Part shown: in pieces, positions 51,972-64,000 of the stretch
Numbering within the stretch: position 1 is the first letter of the stretch
How the letters are laid out: every line of letters starts with the position of its first letter
Assembly (NCBI GenBank): GCA_043228905.1
Contig: JBHGNT010000003.1
Span: forward strand, 18,662,001-18,726,000
Length of the DNA: 64,000 nt
Reading direction: 5' to 3'
Origin: Azolla caroliniana
Taxonomy: Eukaryota; Plantae; Polypodiophyta
The notes under the pieces: generated by a model
Databases searched by the model: none
What the model was told of the DNA's origin: nothing
What the model saw: the letters and a program-made list of their open reading frames with translations, nothing else
Translations under genes and position numbers: made by a program

Positions 51972-54900
51972 GTGAAGACCATTCAACTAAAGTAAAGGTC
52001 ATGTGTGGACACATGCAATTGAATGTGGAGGCCATGCAACTAAAGTAAAGGTCATGTGTGGACGCATGCAACTGGAGTTCCTCATGCAAGTGTATCTTCG
52101 AGTGGTAACGGGGAATTCAAAAAGGGGGGTAATTTTTTTCCTTAGGGGATGGAAGTTATCTCTCACATAAACCCTAATTTTCCTTACGGAAGCCATATCT
52201 CTAAAAAAACCCTAATTTTCATTACAGAAGCCATATCTCTCGAAAACCCTAATTTTTCTTATCTATTAATCTCTTTAAACCCAAACTTTTGTAATCCAAT
52301 CTTGGGATAGATTGTAATTTTTCTTTTATTTTGCCAATGAAATTTACTAAACTTTCTCATTTTTGTTAATTCTTAAAGCATAACCACACGAATTTGGTAT
52401 CCTCTGGTCGGAGGCCCCGAGGTCCTGCCTCAAGTTCACATGTCTTTGTCGTATTTTCGAGACACTGCTTTGTTCGCAAAAGGATAGAAGGTCGAATCAG
52501 ATATCGACTTGTGGCACAAGTAGATCGGCCACATCAACTATCAAAGGCTTCAAGACTTGCAATCGAAAGAGGTTGTTTTCGGATTGCCGAAATTCAGTGG
52601 CCGGAAGACCCAAATTTGTGAAGCCTGCCAGCTCGAGAAGCACTACCAGCATCGTTCCCCACCAAAAGAAACTGGAGTCGTAACAAGCTCAACTTGATAC
52701 ATTCGATGTATGGGGACCGGCATAGAACGTTATCTTGGCGGGAGCCGAAATTTTGTCTCCTTCATCGACGACTACAACCGGCACACATGGATCTATCTCA
52801 TCGAGAAGAAAAGCGAAGTCTTCAATTGTTTTCGGAACCTACAAAGTCTTGTCAAACGAGAAATGGAGAGAAAGATCAAGTGTCTGCGATATGATGGCGG
52901 AAAAGAATACTTTTCCGGCCAATTCAACAGTTATCTATAGCAAAAAGGAATTCGGAGGGAATTCAGTTGTAGATACACATCGGAACAAAACGGTGTGGCC
53001 GAAAGAAAGAATCGGTCGATCGTCGAGGCAGCACGGGCAATGCTGGAAGAGAAGAGCATACCCAAGTTCTACTGGGTCAAAGCGGTCCAGGCGGTCGTCT
53101 ACATCCAAAATTGAATGGGGGACAAGGTATAAGCACATGAGTTGTATTTTGGTCGGACGCCGAACTTAAGACACCTCAGAGTATTCGGTAGCATTGCATA
53201 TGTGCATGTGCCGGATGAGAAGCGGAGAAAGCTGGACCCGAAGTTGGAGAAGTGTATCCTTGTCGGCTACTCACATGAGCAAAAGGGTTATAAGTGCTAT
53301 AACCCCCGAACAAAACAAGTTCGAGTGAGTCGAGATATCGAATTTGATGAGTTGGCATCATTGTACTCTCTCTCGACTCCAACCCAATTCCAGAAGATGA
53401 GACCAGTGAGACGGAAACAATCCAGGTAGAAGAAGAAGACTTCGGTACTCTAGATGAGAATTCGATTTCATTTCGGCTAAGCGGGCTGAACGAATGACTA
53501 AGTCGGAATGACCAGTTTGATGACAAGCCAGCGAGTAGCGATACTCAACCGTGCTTTCCCCGCACAAGTGTCAAGGAATCGAGGAGACGGTTCACACGCA
53601 AAGAGAAAGGGAAGAAGACGATGTCGGAATGCGACATCGGCAGAGAGGAGTCAGATCAGAGTGAATCCGACTCTGGAAAGAACGAAGACGGACCTTTAGA
53701 GACGAAGTTTGAGCTGGCCAAGAGGGCCTTGAAATCGGCTAACAAGAAGTTACGCCGATTGACCCGCCAGAAGAACCCCATAAAAAGGTACGGATATAAT
53801 GAATACATGGCGCACCACTATGCGTACATGACGAAAGTGGCGGAAGTGCGTGAGCTGGAGAGTTATGCAAAAGCGGCAAAGGATGCGCAATGGCGAGCCG
53901 CTATGGAGGAAGAGATGCAGGCACTCGATGCCAAAGACACATGGGACTTGGTTGACCCTCCCCGACATTGCAAACCAATCAGTTGCAAGTTGGGCGTACA
54001 AGGTAAAGTACAATGTTGATAGTTCACTCAACCAGTACAAGGCCCAATTAGTGTCCAAAGGCTACGCGCAGACCCACATAATCGACTATGATGAGACCTT
54101 TGCTCCAATAGCGAAGATGAGGATGGTTCGAGTGGTGCTGGCAGTTGTTGCGGCAAGGGGGTGGCATCTTCACCAAATAGATGTGAAGAATGCATCTCTT
54201 CAAGGCGACCTTGAAGAACAGGTCTACATGATCCAACCCCCGGATTTCAGTCGGAGATGAACAAGTCAGCAGTGTGCCGACTCAAGAAGTCCCTTTACGG
54301 CCTGAAGCAAGCCCCCCGTGCATGGAATTCGAAGATCACGCACTAGTTGCAATAGATGGGGTTTGCGGCCTCGAAGTCAGACTCTCCCTGTTCATCCGGA
54401 AACGTTCAGAAGGTCCGATATGTATCCTGTTATATGTGGATGATCTAGTCATCTCCGGACCCAGACTTGTTGAAATCAGCTGAGTGAAATCCTAGTTGTC
54501 GGATGCATTCGAAATGAAGGACCTCGAGGACCTTCATTACTTCCTCGAGATCGAAGTGATCCATACCCCCAACAACATATTGTTATCTCAACGACATTAT
54601 GTGTTGAATATGTTGTACAAGTTCGACATGATAGATTGCCGACCAGTCTCCACACCCCTGAACCATAATCTCAAGCTTCGTCCCGACTTTGGACCGGCCT
54701 ATGACGAGAGGCAGTTTCAAAAAATTGTCGGAAGCCTTATTTGTTTAACAATCACCCGACCCGACATTAGCTATCTGTTCGGAGCGATTAATCAATTCAT
54801 GTAGAAGCCAACCATGGAGCACCTTTAGTGTGCGCACCAAATACTAAGGTATGTTAGCGGCACTAAGGACTGAGTAATGTTATACCGACACGGTAGAACC

Positions 54901-56477
54901 GAAAAGCTAGTCGGATATACTGATGCCAACTAGGCCGGTGATGCGTCGGATCGTCGGTCCACTTTCGGTTACATGTTCTCTCTAGGTAGCGTAGTTGTTG
55001 CATCGAGCAGCAAAAAGCAGCCAACTATGGCTATATCGAGCACTAAAGCTGACCATCACCACCTGTGAAGTCATATGGCTTCGGCGGCTGTTGCAAGACC
55101 TCTGGATTGAAGTACCGACTCCGATCCCGATCTACTGCGACAACATGAGCAACATGCAGCTAGCCAAGAACCCTGTGTTCCATACTTAGACGAAGCACAT
55201 AGAAGTGCATTATCACTTTCTGCGCGAGCGGGTCCTCAACGACGAAGTCAAACTACGGTATGTCCAGATGGATCGGCAGGATGCCGACATCTTCACCAAA
55301 CATCTCGGCCTGGACAAGTTCCAACATTTTTCAAAGATGCTTGGTCTTCAACATCTCGACATGTTGCACTTGAGGGGGAGAAAGGAGGAAACCGGCAAGG
55401 AGTAAACCAGAACGAGAACTGGGAAAACAGATAATGGCATCAGACAAAGAGTCGGAGAGACAGGGGGAGACAAGAAGAAGAAGGAAGTCGAGTCGACTGA
55501 AGAAGTTGGCACATTCAAACAAGTTGGAACAAGCGGCGATGGCAGTAGAGTCATGAAGAACAGAGCCGACCAGAATGAGAAAGCCAAGACCCAAACGTGG
55601 TCCGACGTGGTGAAGGGCCTGAAGGTTGAAGACGAATTGGAGATAACCAATTCGAACAAGAGCTGGAATGAATCAAAAGTAGCCAATTCTGAAGAGGAGT
55701 CGATTTGGAGGAACCAAATCAACAGAAGGCCAAACGAACGAGGAGGCAACAGAAGTCGACATCGACACGGAGGGACCGATAGGTCAAGAAGTGTCGAAGT
55801 TACAACAACGAAGGAGCTGAGAAGGGCCTTATGACCAGACAAGCCGACCGAGAAGGTCAAGGTGCGCGGGACCGGACGGGTCGTGGGAGACTCGACGGGT
55901 CAAGGAGCGCGAGCAAGGCGGGAAGACGCAAGGAGGAGCCAGAGGAAAGGACTGGTGGACACACATAGTGATCCAACCTCAAGTTGAGCTTGAGGGGGAG
56001 TGTTGAACGGGCAAGCTCAACCGGATCCGGATCGACTGAATAAGCCAGAGTTGGATCGGTATCCAGAACAGAGAACCAGATAGCTACATGGATCAGTGTT
56101 CAGATATATTGGTATCTAGAACCTAGAGCCAGACCAGAGAACCGGATCGTACTCCGGAATAGTGAGAACCGGTAGGCCGTTGGAGCCTACAGTCAGAGCC
56201 TAGTACGTAGGCATATTCCTTGGAGTTAGTGTTAGTCGCTCGTATGAGCATTGAAGTACATGTCAGTACTTTTGTCAGTCCTTTTAAGGACTTGTATAAA
56301 AAGTGTTCTATAGGACATTTGTATGTACACAAAGTGTTGTTATTTTGAATTGAGTTTACTGTTATGCTCTATCTATCTCTCCCGTGTATTCAAGCTTTCC
56401 ATTAAACCTTCGTTCTGTGTTCTGTTGTTATCCGGACCATCTGGTTTTGTCTTAGCTTCCGCACATCATCTTTTACA

Positions 56478-57380
56478 TATAAGAAATTTTTGGTAAGTTG
56501 CACACGTCCCGATATTTGTTTTGCCGTTGGTTTTCTTTTTCGTTTCATGGTTAATCTAGGACCAAAGCATTGGATCGCGGTCAAGCGATTACTACGATAT
56601 TTGAAGCATACTCAACATTATGTGTCGACTTACTTGGTGTAGCCAAGTTGGCCACACGATTTGAGTCAACCACACTTGTGCAATGGTGGACAAACCCCTC
56701 CAATCAACTAATTGGTTGGTCTCACTCTGATTGGGGGGGAGATGTGGACAATCGCAAGTCAACAAGTGGCTATGTCTACACACTAGCTAGTGTTGCGATT
56801 TCTTGGAAGTCGAAGAAACAAACTACCGTGGCATTGTCATCCACGGAAGCTGAATATGTTGTCGTGGCTTTAGCAGCTAAAGAATGCATATGGATTAAAT
56901 CAATGCTCGAGGAATTTAACTTATTTACTATTCCAACTGTGACTTTGTTTTGCGATAATCAATCTTGTATCAAGCTAGCCAACAATCCAAAGATGAGTGA
57001 CAATATACGTCATGTGGACTTAAAACATCATTTTCTTCACGATCTTATTGAAACAAAGAAGATAGAACTAAACTTTGCTCCCACTCATCAAATGTGGGCT
57101 GATTTTCTAACAAAACCTCTTCAACATTCTAAACACATTATTTGTTGTAAGCAAGTTGGATTAATTTATGTAATTGAAGACAAAGATAAAAATCTACACT
57201 TCTAGATATTTTTGCTTAGGGGGGAGTGTGGAAAATAATAATCGAAAATAAATAAATAAATAAAATTTAGTGTTAGTTAAGAAGATGGAACCGCCTCAGT
57301 GGTGGTCTTACAAAGCCACCACCAACGATGCAATACATAGGGCATTATGATATAATAGAATCACTCACTCTCTCTTTTTT
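56478..57380 (+). pseudogene. Rest of the AT-rich copia: RT end, RNase H, PPT 57218-57226, LTR from 57227
   Basis: [44 protein letters not shown]; LTR end unclear. Confidence 0.88.
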
Positions 57381-57384
57381 ATGG

Positions 57385-57625
57385 TAATTAGCTTACCCTT
57401 TTGGTAAGTTGTTACACTATAGGTCATTGTGTCTTGGGTTCGAAACCCAATTTTACTCACCTCTCTATTATATACTCCATACATATCTCTTAATTCACCC
57501 AATTTTCTCACCTCTCTATTATATACTCCATACATATCTCTTAATTCACTAGATGTCCTTGTGGAATGTAGGGGTTGAACCCATGACCACTTGGTTTCCA
57601 TTGGGCAACCTTACCAACTGACTCA
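57385..57625. mobile_element. tRNA-derived repeat with convergent A/B-box heads around ~50-bp tandem units
   Basis: Plus: TGGTAAG...GGGTTCGAAACCC; minus: GAGTCAGTTGGTAAG...GGGTTCAACCCC. Confidence 0.6.
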
Positions 57626-60421
57626 AAGGATTCAAGGTTTAGGAAACTATAATGTACACTCTTTGATATGGAAGAAAAATCCAAGACAAAGAAGAGGACA
57701 AGGAGGGGTGGCATGTTTGATTAAGAAGGAAATAGAGAAATATGTGTCAATCATAAAAAATGATGAAAATAAATGCTACATATGGCTCAAAATAGAAACA
57801 CCTAATGATTTGCCCACTTTTGTAGTTGGATGTTATATTCCTCATCAAGATTCTAACTTTTATGCTTGTTTGGATAAAGATAAACCGTTTGCCAATCTAG
57901 AAGATGATATTGCTTATTTCAAATCCAAAGGGGAAGTTATTGTCTTTGGTGACATGAATGCTCGTACAAGAAGTTTCCAACTTGATTCACAAGAATCTTT
58001 CATGCCACATATCTCAAGGATGCAAGAGGATATGCAAATGTATAACCGCTCTTCTAGCGATGAAAAAGATCCGGACCAATTTAGGAAGTTACTCCTACAA
58101 ATGTGCAATAGTACCGGATTGCTTATTGCAAATGGTATTTCCTTATGGCCCAACACTAATGGTTTTACATGTAGAAAACACAATGGAAATAGTGTGATTG
58201 ACTATGTGCTACTTTCCGAATGTATTTTGGATCGTATACATAAATTCTCACTTGGTGAATGGACACCGGAATCCGATCATAGGCCTTTATGTATTGATCT
58301 CAAATGTATGCATAGGTTTGATTGTGAGAAGGCTATTGAAGATAATAAACAACCGCACTTGAGCATGAACCTTAAGCGAGCACCCATGTATTCCAAGATG
58401 GTTGAGGATATGTTACAAATGACAAAGATACAACATGGTGCCACACTAGAATGCAAATGGGAAGCTTTCAATAAAGTCATTCTCTCATGTACAAACAAAT
58501 GTTTTTCGACCAATCGCACATCTTGGAAATGCACCAAGAAACTTAGGAAAAAATGGTTTGATAAAGAATGTCATGAAGCTCGAAAGTGCCTTATGGTTTT
58601 GGATGTAGTTAAGGATAAAGAGAATTACCAAAAGCATTTGCATGAGTATAAAAGGCTTATTCAAAGAAAGAGAAGAATATGGGAAGTTACTCAACAACTT
58701 ATCCAAACGCAAGAGAAAGTACATGCATGTGCTAAATTTTGGGGAAATCTAAAGGGAAAACGTGTTGAGAGTTATGGTGACTTAACTCTTCACGACTTGT
58801 CTATGTATTGTAAGAATTTATATGAGTTATCTCTTGCCAGAAAGATGATGTGTTATGGTTCTCTTTCACATATGCCTCCCTTCTTTACAATTGAAGATAT
58901 ATGCATAGGACTTAAGAAATTGGCCTCTCGAAAGGCAAGCGATCTTCAATGTATAAAGGCTTAAATGCTCAAATGGACGGGAAAGGAAGCACATATATGG
59001 ATAAGCGATATGTTTAATAATGCATTGCAACATGGTATGCCGTACGATTGGACTACAAATTGGATCAAACCTTTACATAAAGGTGGAGATATAAATAATG
59101 TAAACAACTATCGAACCATCATGGTTGGCTCATTAATGGCAAAACTATTTGGATGTATAATGGAATCAAAGATAAGTGTATGGGCTGAAAAAAGTGGTAA
59201 GAGAGCTTATGGACAAGCTGGCTTTCGGAAACACCATAGCACCATTGATCACCTTATCACCCTTCGAGTATTAACGGAGGAAAGTCGCCTTAGAGGTAAA
59301 GGTTTATATTGTTGCTTTGTAGACTTCAAGAAAGCTTTTGATATGGTACCTCGTGAGCATCTTTGGAGGCGAATGGAAGAACTTGAGGTGCCAAGTGAAT
59401 ATATGCTTGCAATTTCCTGAATTTATGAGAAGGTTATATGTTGTGTGCGCATGAGAGATAAACTTTCAGATTTTTTCAAAAGTACTATTGGTGTTAAGCA
59501 AGGATGCCCACTCTCACCAACACTATTTGGTCTATGCATTGATGAATTGGAAGAAATGGTTACCAAGTTTGCAAAGGAAGAATGTGTTGAGGAAGTTGCC
59601 ATTGGGAATGTTGTGATTATGCTTTTGCTATATGCAGATGATGTAGTGCTTTTTGCAAATACTTTAGGAGATGCACAAAAGCTTATGAAGGCATTGGAAA
59701 AAATTTGCATGCATACTAAATTAAGTGTCAATAGCTCTAAAACAAAGATTATGCTTGTGAAGAGCCAAAAAAGAGATAAACCATGCATTATGTACAACAA
59801 TGAGCCACTTAAATGTGTGGAAAGTTTCAAATATCTTGGCCTTGAAGTTCCTTCAAATCATAGATGGAATGAATGTGCTACACGCCGCTTAGAGGCGGGC
59901 AAGCGAGCATACTATGCATTTGAGAACACATGCAATCTTGGAGATATTAAGTGTTGGGTCCTCAAGAAATATCTTTTCGACACTTTGGTGACACCGGTTC
60001 TTCTCTATGGGGTGGAAGTATGGGGCGGTAGCATCCCTAAATCTATGTGGAAAGAGTTTGAAAATGTCCAAAAGCATTTTCTTACCAAGTTTCTACAAGT
60101 TAAGAAACAAACGCCCTACACCCTCCTCCTCCTTTGCCCTAAACAAGTTCGCGAGTCTGAGTATCACACTTTGATACAATGCTCTGCCTTTGATCATATT
60201 CGACCATGCTTTACACATCTCTTCGATCGAGCCCAATCTTTGCATGAATTCCTCTCACAACCACAATGTGCACTCTCAATTGCAACATTCATTGGTAAAG
60301 TTCTTGAACATCGAGAGTCACTACTCACTTTCACACATATCACGTGAAATGTAATATTTTTGGTCTCATAGGTCATATTTGACCTTCGAAGATGATAATA
60401 TAATCTATCTATCTATCTATC
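57625..60421 (+). mobile_element. RTE/RTEX-like LINE (EN and RT) with two stops and an internal deletion
   Basis: GGVACLI, FGDMNART, SVIDYVL, ESDH; GQAGFR, GVKQGCPLSP, LLYADD; stops at 58962 and 59418; about 500 bp missing at ~60132 relative to the 5965-7564 copy; (CTAT)n tail. Confidence 0.93.
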
Positions 60422-60846
60422 TCCCTCTCCCCCCCCCCCTTTTGCAATACCTATCTCGCCCTTTCTTTCTATCTTGGTGGCCGTAAATAACGAAAGGGTG
60501 TTTGGGTCTTGGTGTGGAAAAGGGATGGGCTATGTTGTTGCCGCAACGTAGGAGGAGGGAAAGAAAATGGAGGGGGAAAGGACTAATGAGAAGTCTCAAG
60601 GGGCTTAGTATACAGAGGAGGGTTGAGGAGCAGAGGGGGAAGATGAGAATGGGGGAGATGGACTCTGTTGTAATCGAATGCATGACCAAAGGCCATAACA
60701 TCGTTGTAACCCGCCTGCGTATTAATCCCGTCAGATTGTTGCTAGTTGTGTTGGGTCGACGAGAATCTAGGAGGTGTGGTTGATGAGTGGAGGCTACGGA
60801 TCAAAGACGGAGGTGCTCCATGTGCGGCTTGTGGCCAAGCATGCAT

Positions 60847-61070
60847 ATAGTGGTTGATGTCTTTGTTGCCGCCGAAAAGTGATGATGGTGGTTGTTGATG
60901 GAGATCTTGTGGTGGATGATTATAGTGGTTGATGTCTCTATTGTCGCCGGAAAGTGATGATGATGGTCGTTGATGGAGATCTTGTGGTTGATGATTATAG
61001 TGGTCGTTGTCTCTATTGCTGCCAAAAAGTGATGGTGGTGGTCATTGATGGAGATCTTGTGGTGGATGAT
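60847..61070. repeat. Tandem repeat, 3 x 75 bp
   Basis: Units start at 60847, 60922 and 60997. Confidence 0.9.
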
Positions 61071-61139
61071 GCAAAGGACTTGGATGATCCGCGGTGAATT
61101 TGTGGTGGAGGAGGCTTCAGGTTTGTTGTTCGAGGCCAA

Positions 61140-61300
61140 GGGTTAGGGTTTGTGTTAGTGTTAGTTTTTAGGTTGGGAATTGTTTTAGAGTTAGGTTTAG
61201 GTTTAGGGTTAGGGTTGGGGTTTGTTCTCAAGTTAGGCTTAGGCTTAGGCTTAGGGTTTGTTCTCAAATTAGGGTTAGGGTTTGTTCTCAAGTTAGGGTT
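61140..61300 (+). repeat. Degenerate telomere-like tract (TTAGGG/TTAGGC/TTTAGG)
   Basis: Read directly; interleaved with TTTGTTCTCAA spacers. Confidence 0.75.
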
Positions 61301-62044
61301 TTTGTGCTGAGCTATACTAAAATTTGTTATATTGTACTTTCTCAAAACTATTGACAATTGTTTTAATATCCTCTTCAATATCATCATCTGACTCCATATC
61401 TATGTCTATCTCTCTAATATGGTGCTTACTTGTGCTCTGAGTGTTGTCATTTATTGATTGGGCTTTATCTTTTCTTTGCATAGCAACCGTCCTAAAGGCT
61501 TCCCTATAAGTGAATGAGAGAGCTATAGTATTACATTCTTTTAGAATATTAATTGTTAACTCTTCTTGGAAAATTTCAAGTTGATTGCTAAATGAGTTTG
61601 GGCTTGAATCGGGTTCCTCTACTTCGTCAAAACAAACAAGGGCTTTTAGGATATTAGCAATCTTGAGTATATCAGATCGCACAGTTATAGGAAAGTTATC
61701 TACTATTTTTGTGTAGTAATGGACAAGACTATCTAAATGCTTAACATATGTGGTAGTAAGATCTTTACTACATTGTGTTGTGATGGAAGTAAACTCTAGT
61801 TGTAGGCTTTTATTAATATCTTCCTGCTTAATAATTAGTCTAGGGGGATGGATTCTCAAGCTATGATGGGCTATATTCTGAGAATTTTGGTTTGACATAC
61901 GAGTGTATGTTTTTTTAGCTTTTTCTGCTTTTCGATAGAGGTTTTTAAACTCTGCGATTATCTTACACTTAATCTTCAAAGTGTTGGAAATTAGCGGTGA
62001 TTCATTGGACATTACCTGGGTACTAGTAGTTTTTGGAGGGGCTG

Positions 62045-64000
62045 GAATGAGAAGACCAAGACCCGAACGTGGTCCGACGTGGTGAAGGGCCTGAAGGTTG
62101 AAGAAGAATTGGAGACAACCAATTCAGACAAGAGCTGGAATGAATCAGAGGTAGCCAATTCTAAAGAGGAGTTCAATTTGGAGGAACCGAATCAACAGAA
62201 GGCCAAACGAACGAGGTGGCAACGGAAGTCGACACCGACACGGAGGGACCCATGGGTCAAGAAGCGTTGAAGTTACAACAGTGAAGGAGCTGAGAAGGGC
62301 CTTGTGACCAGACAAGCCGACCGAGAAGGTCAAGGTGCGCGGGACCGGATGGGTCATGGGAGAACCGGACAAGTCAAGGAGCGCGAGCAAGGCGGGAAAA
62401 CGCTAAGAGGAGCCGGAGGAAAGGACCTGGTGGACGCACATAGTGATCCAACCTCAAGTTGAGCTTGAGGGGGAGTGTTGAACGGGAAGGCTCAACCGGA
62501 TCCGGATCGACTGAATAAGCCAGAGCTGGATCGATATCCAGAATAGAGAACCGGATAGCTACCTGGATCGATGTTCGGATATATTGGTATCCGGAACCTA
62601 GAACCAGATTGTACTCCGGAATAGTGAGAACGAGTAGGCCATTGGAGCCTACAGTCCGAGCCTAGTACGTAGGCATATTCCTTGGAGTTAGTGTTAGTCG
62701 CTCGTATGAGCATTGAAGTACATGTCAGTACTTTTGTCAGTCCTTTTAAGGACTTGTATAAAAAGTGTTCTATAGGACATTTGTATGTACACAAAGTGTT
62801 GTTATTTTGAATTGAGTTTACTGTTATGCTCTATCTATCTCTCCCGTGTATTCAAGCTTTCCATTAAACCTTCGTTCTGTGTTCTGTTGTTATCCGGACC
62901 ATTTGGTTTTGTCTTAGCTTCCGCACATCATCTTTTACATATAAGAAATTTTTGGTAAGTTGCACACGTCCCGATATTTGTTTTGCCGTTGGTTTTCTTT
63001 TTCGTTTCATGGTTAATCTAGGACCAAAGCATTGGATCGCGGTCAAGCGATTACTACGATATTTGAAGCATACTCAACATTATGTGTCGACTTACTTGGT
63101 GTAGCCAAGTTGGCCACACGATTTGAGTCAACCACACTTGTGCAATGATGGACAAACCCCTCCAATCAACTAATTGGTTGGTCTCACTCTGACTGGGGGG
63201 GAGATGTGGACAATCGCAAGTCAACAAGTGGTTATGTCTACACACTAGCTAGTGTTGCGATTTCTTGGAAGTCGAAGAAACAAACTACCGTGGCATTGTC
63301 ATCCACGGAAGCTGAATATGTTGTCCCGGCTTTAGCAGCTAAAGAATGCATATGGATTAAATCAATGCTCGAGGAATTTAACTTATTTACTATTCCAACT
63401 GTGACTTTGTTTTGCGATAATCAATCTTGTATCAAGCTAGCCAATGATCCAAAGATGAGCGACAATATACATCATGTGGACTTAAAACATCATTTTCTTC
63501 ACGATCTTATTGAAACAAAGAAGATAGAACTAAACTTTGCTCCCACTCATCAAATGTGGGTTGATTTTCTAACAAAACCTCTTCAACATTCTAAACACAT
63601 TATTTGTTGTAAGCAAGTTGGATTAATTTATGTAATTGAAGACAAAGATAAAAATCTACACTTTTAGATATTTTTGCTTAGGGGGGAGTGTGGAAAATAA
63701 TAATCGAAAATAAATAAATAAATAAAATTTAGTGTTAGTTAAGAAGATGGAACCAACGATGCAATACATAGGGCATTATGATATAATAGAATCACTCACT
63801 CTCTCTCTCTTAGCGTAATTAGCTTACCCTATTGGTAAGTGGTTACCAACCACAAGTCATTGTGTCTTGGGTTCGAAACCCAATTTTACTCACCTCTCTA
63901 TTATATACTCCATACATATCTCTTAATTCACCCAATTTTCTCACCTCTCTATTATATACTCCATACATATTTCTTAATTCACTAATTTTCTCACCTCTCT
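62045..64000 (+). repeat. Direct duplication of ~55573-57551 (copia 3' UTR and LTR, host copia RNase H and LTR, tRNA-like head)
   Basis: Colinear, with the same LTR|TATAA junction; scattered substitutions and small indels; runs off the window end. Confidence 0.93.

Larger units (their letters stand above)
34266..52464 (+). mobile_element. Non-autonomous LTR element primed by tRNA-Trp (gypsy-like by inference)
   Basis: LTRs 34266-35210 and 50830-52464; PBS TGGTGAACCCGACGTGAA 35215-35232; probable 4-bp TSD CCGT/CTGC; about 2 kb of its own internal sequence, no RT or IN motifs. Confidence 0.85.
32340..56477 (+). mobile_element. Degenerate copia with both LTRs, carrying nested insertions
   Basis: LTRs 32340-32813 and 56001-56477; TSD TATAA; PBS TGGTATCAGAGC 32814-32825; gag/PR about 32920-34265 (CCYCGKKYH, YIDSGVSNH); IN-RT-RH about 52465-55380; PPT 55992-56000. 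Confidence 0.95.
60440..62012 (-). pseudogene. Unassigned degenerate ORF: helical-looking N-terminus, Asn-Pro repeats, 75-bp repeats, Pro-rich tail; possible retroelement ORF1
   Basis: 231-aa ORF 61317-62012 followed by frameshifted low-complexity ORFs; no recognised domain. Confidence 0.4.

Noticed and set aside
61140-61300. True telomere or chromosome-fusion site
   Set aside because: Short, degenerate, single orientation, interleaved with other motifs and inside an ORF

Overview
Eukaryotic, plant-type heterochromatin made almost entirely of transposable elements; I find no host gene. The element mix (chromodomain gypsy, tRNA-Trp-primed LTR element, RTE/RTEX-like LINEs, Penelope-like RT) suggests a non-seed plant, which is inference. 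1-20 kb holds decayed L1 and RTE/RTEX-like LINEs, hAT MITEs and tRNA-like repeats. A young Tnt1/Tork-like copia (20784-26144, TSD GTTTA) sits inside an L1. A Penelope-like RT remnant followed by a minimal hammerhead ribozyme lies at 28.1-29.7 kb. From 29.8 to 57.4 kb is a five-level LTR-retrotransposon nest; the four inner insertions have readable TSDs (one degenerate). Its innermost member is a chromovirus with an uninterrupted 1477-aa gag-pol whose 5' LTR/PBS is replaced by a 1181-bp inverted copy of its own 3' end. The last 6.5 kb hold an RTE-like LINE, an unassigned ORF with telomere-like TTAGGG repeats, and a ~2-kb duplication of the nest's right junction. All alignments and counts were done by eye.
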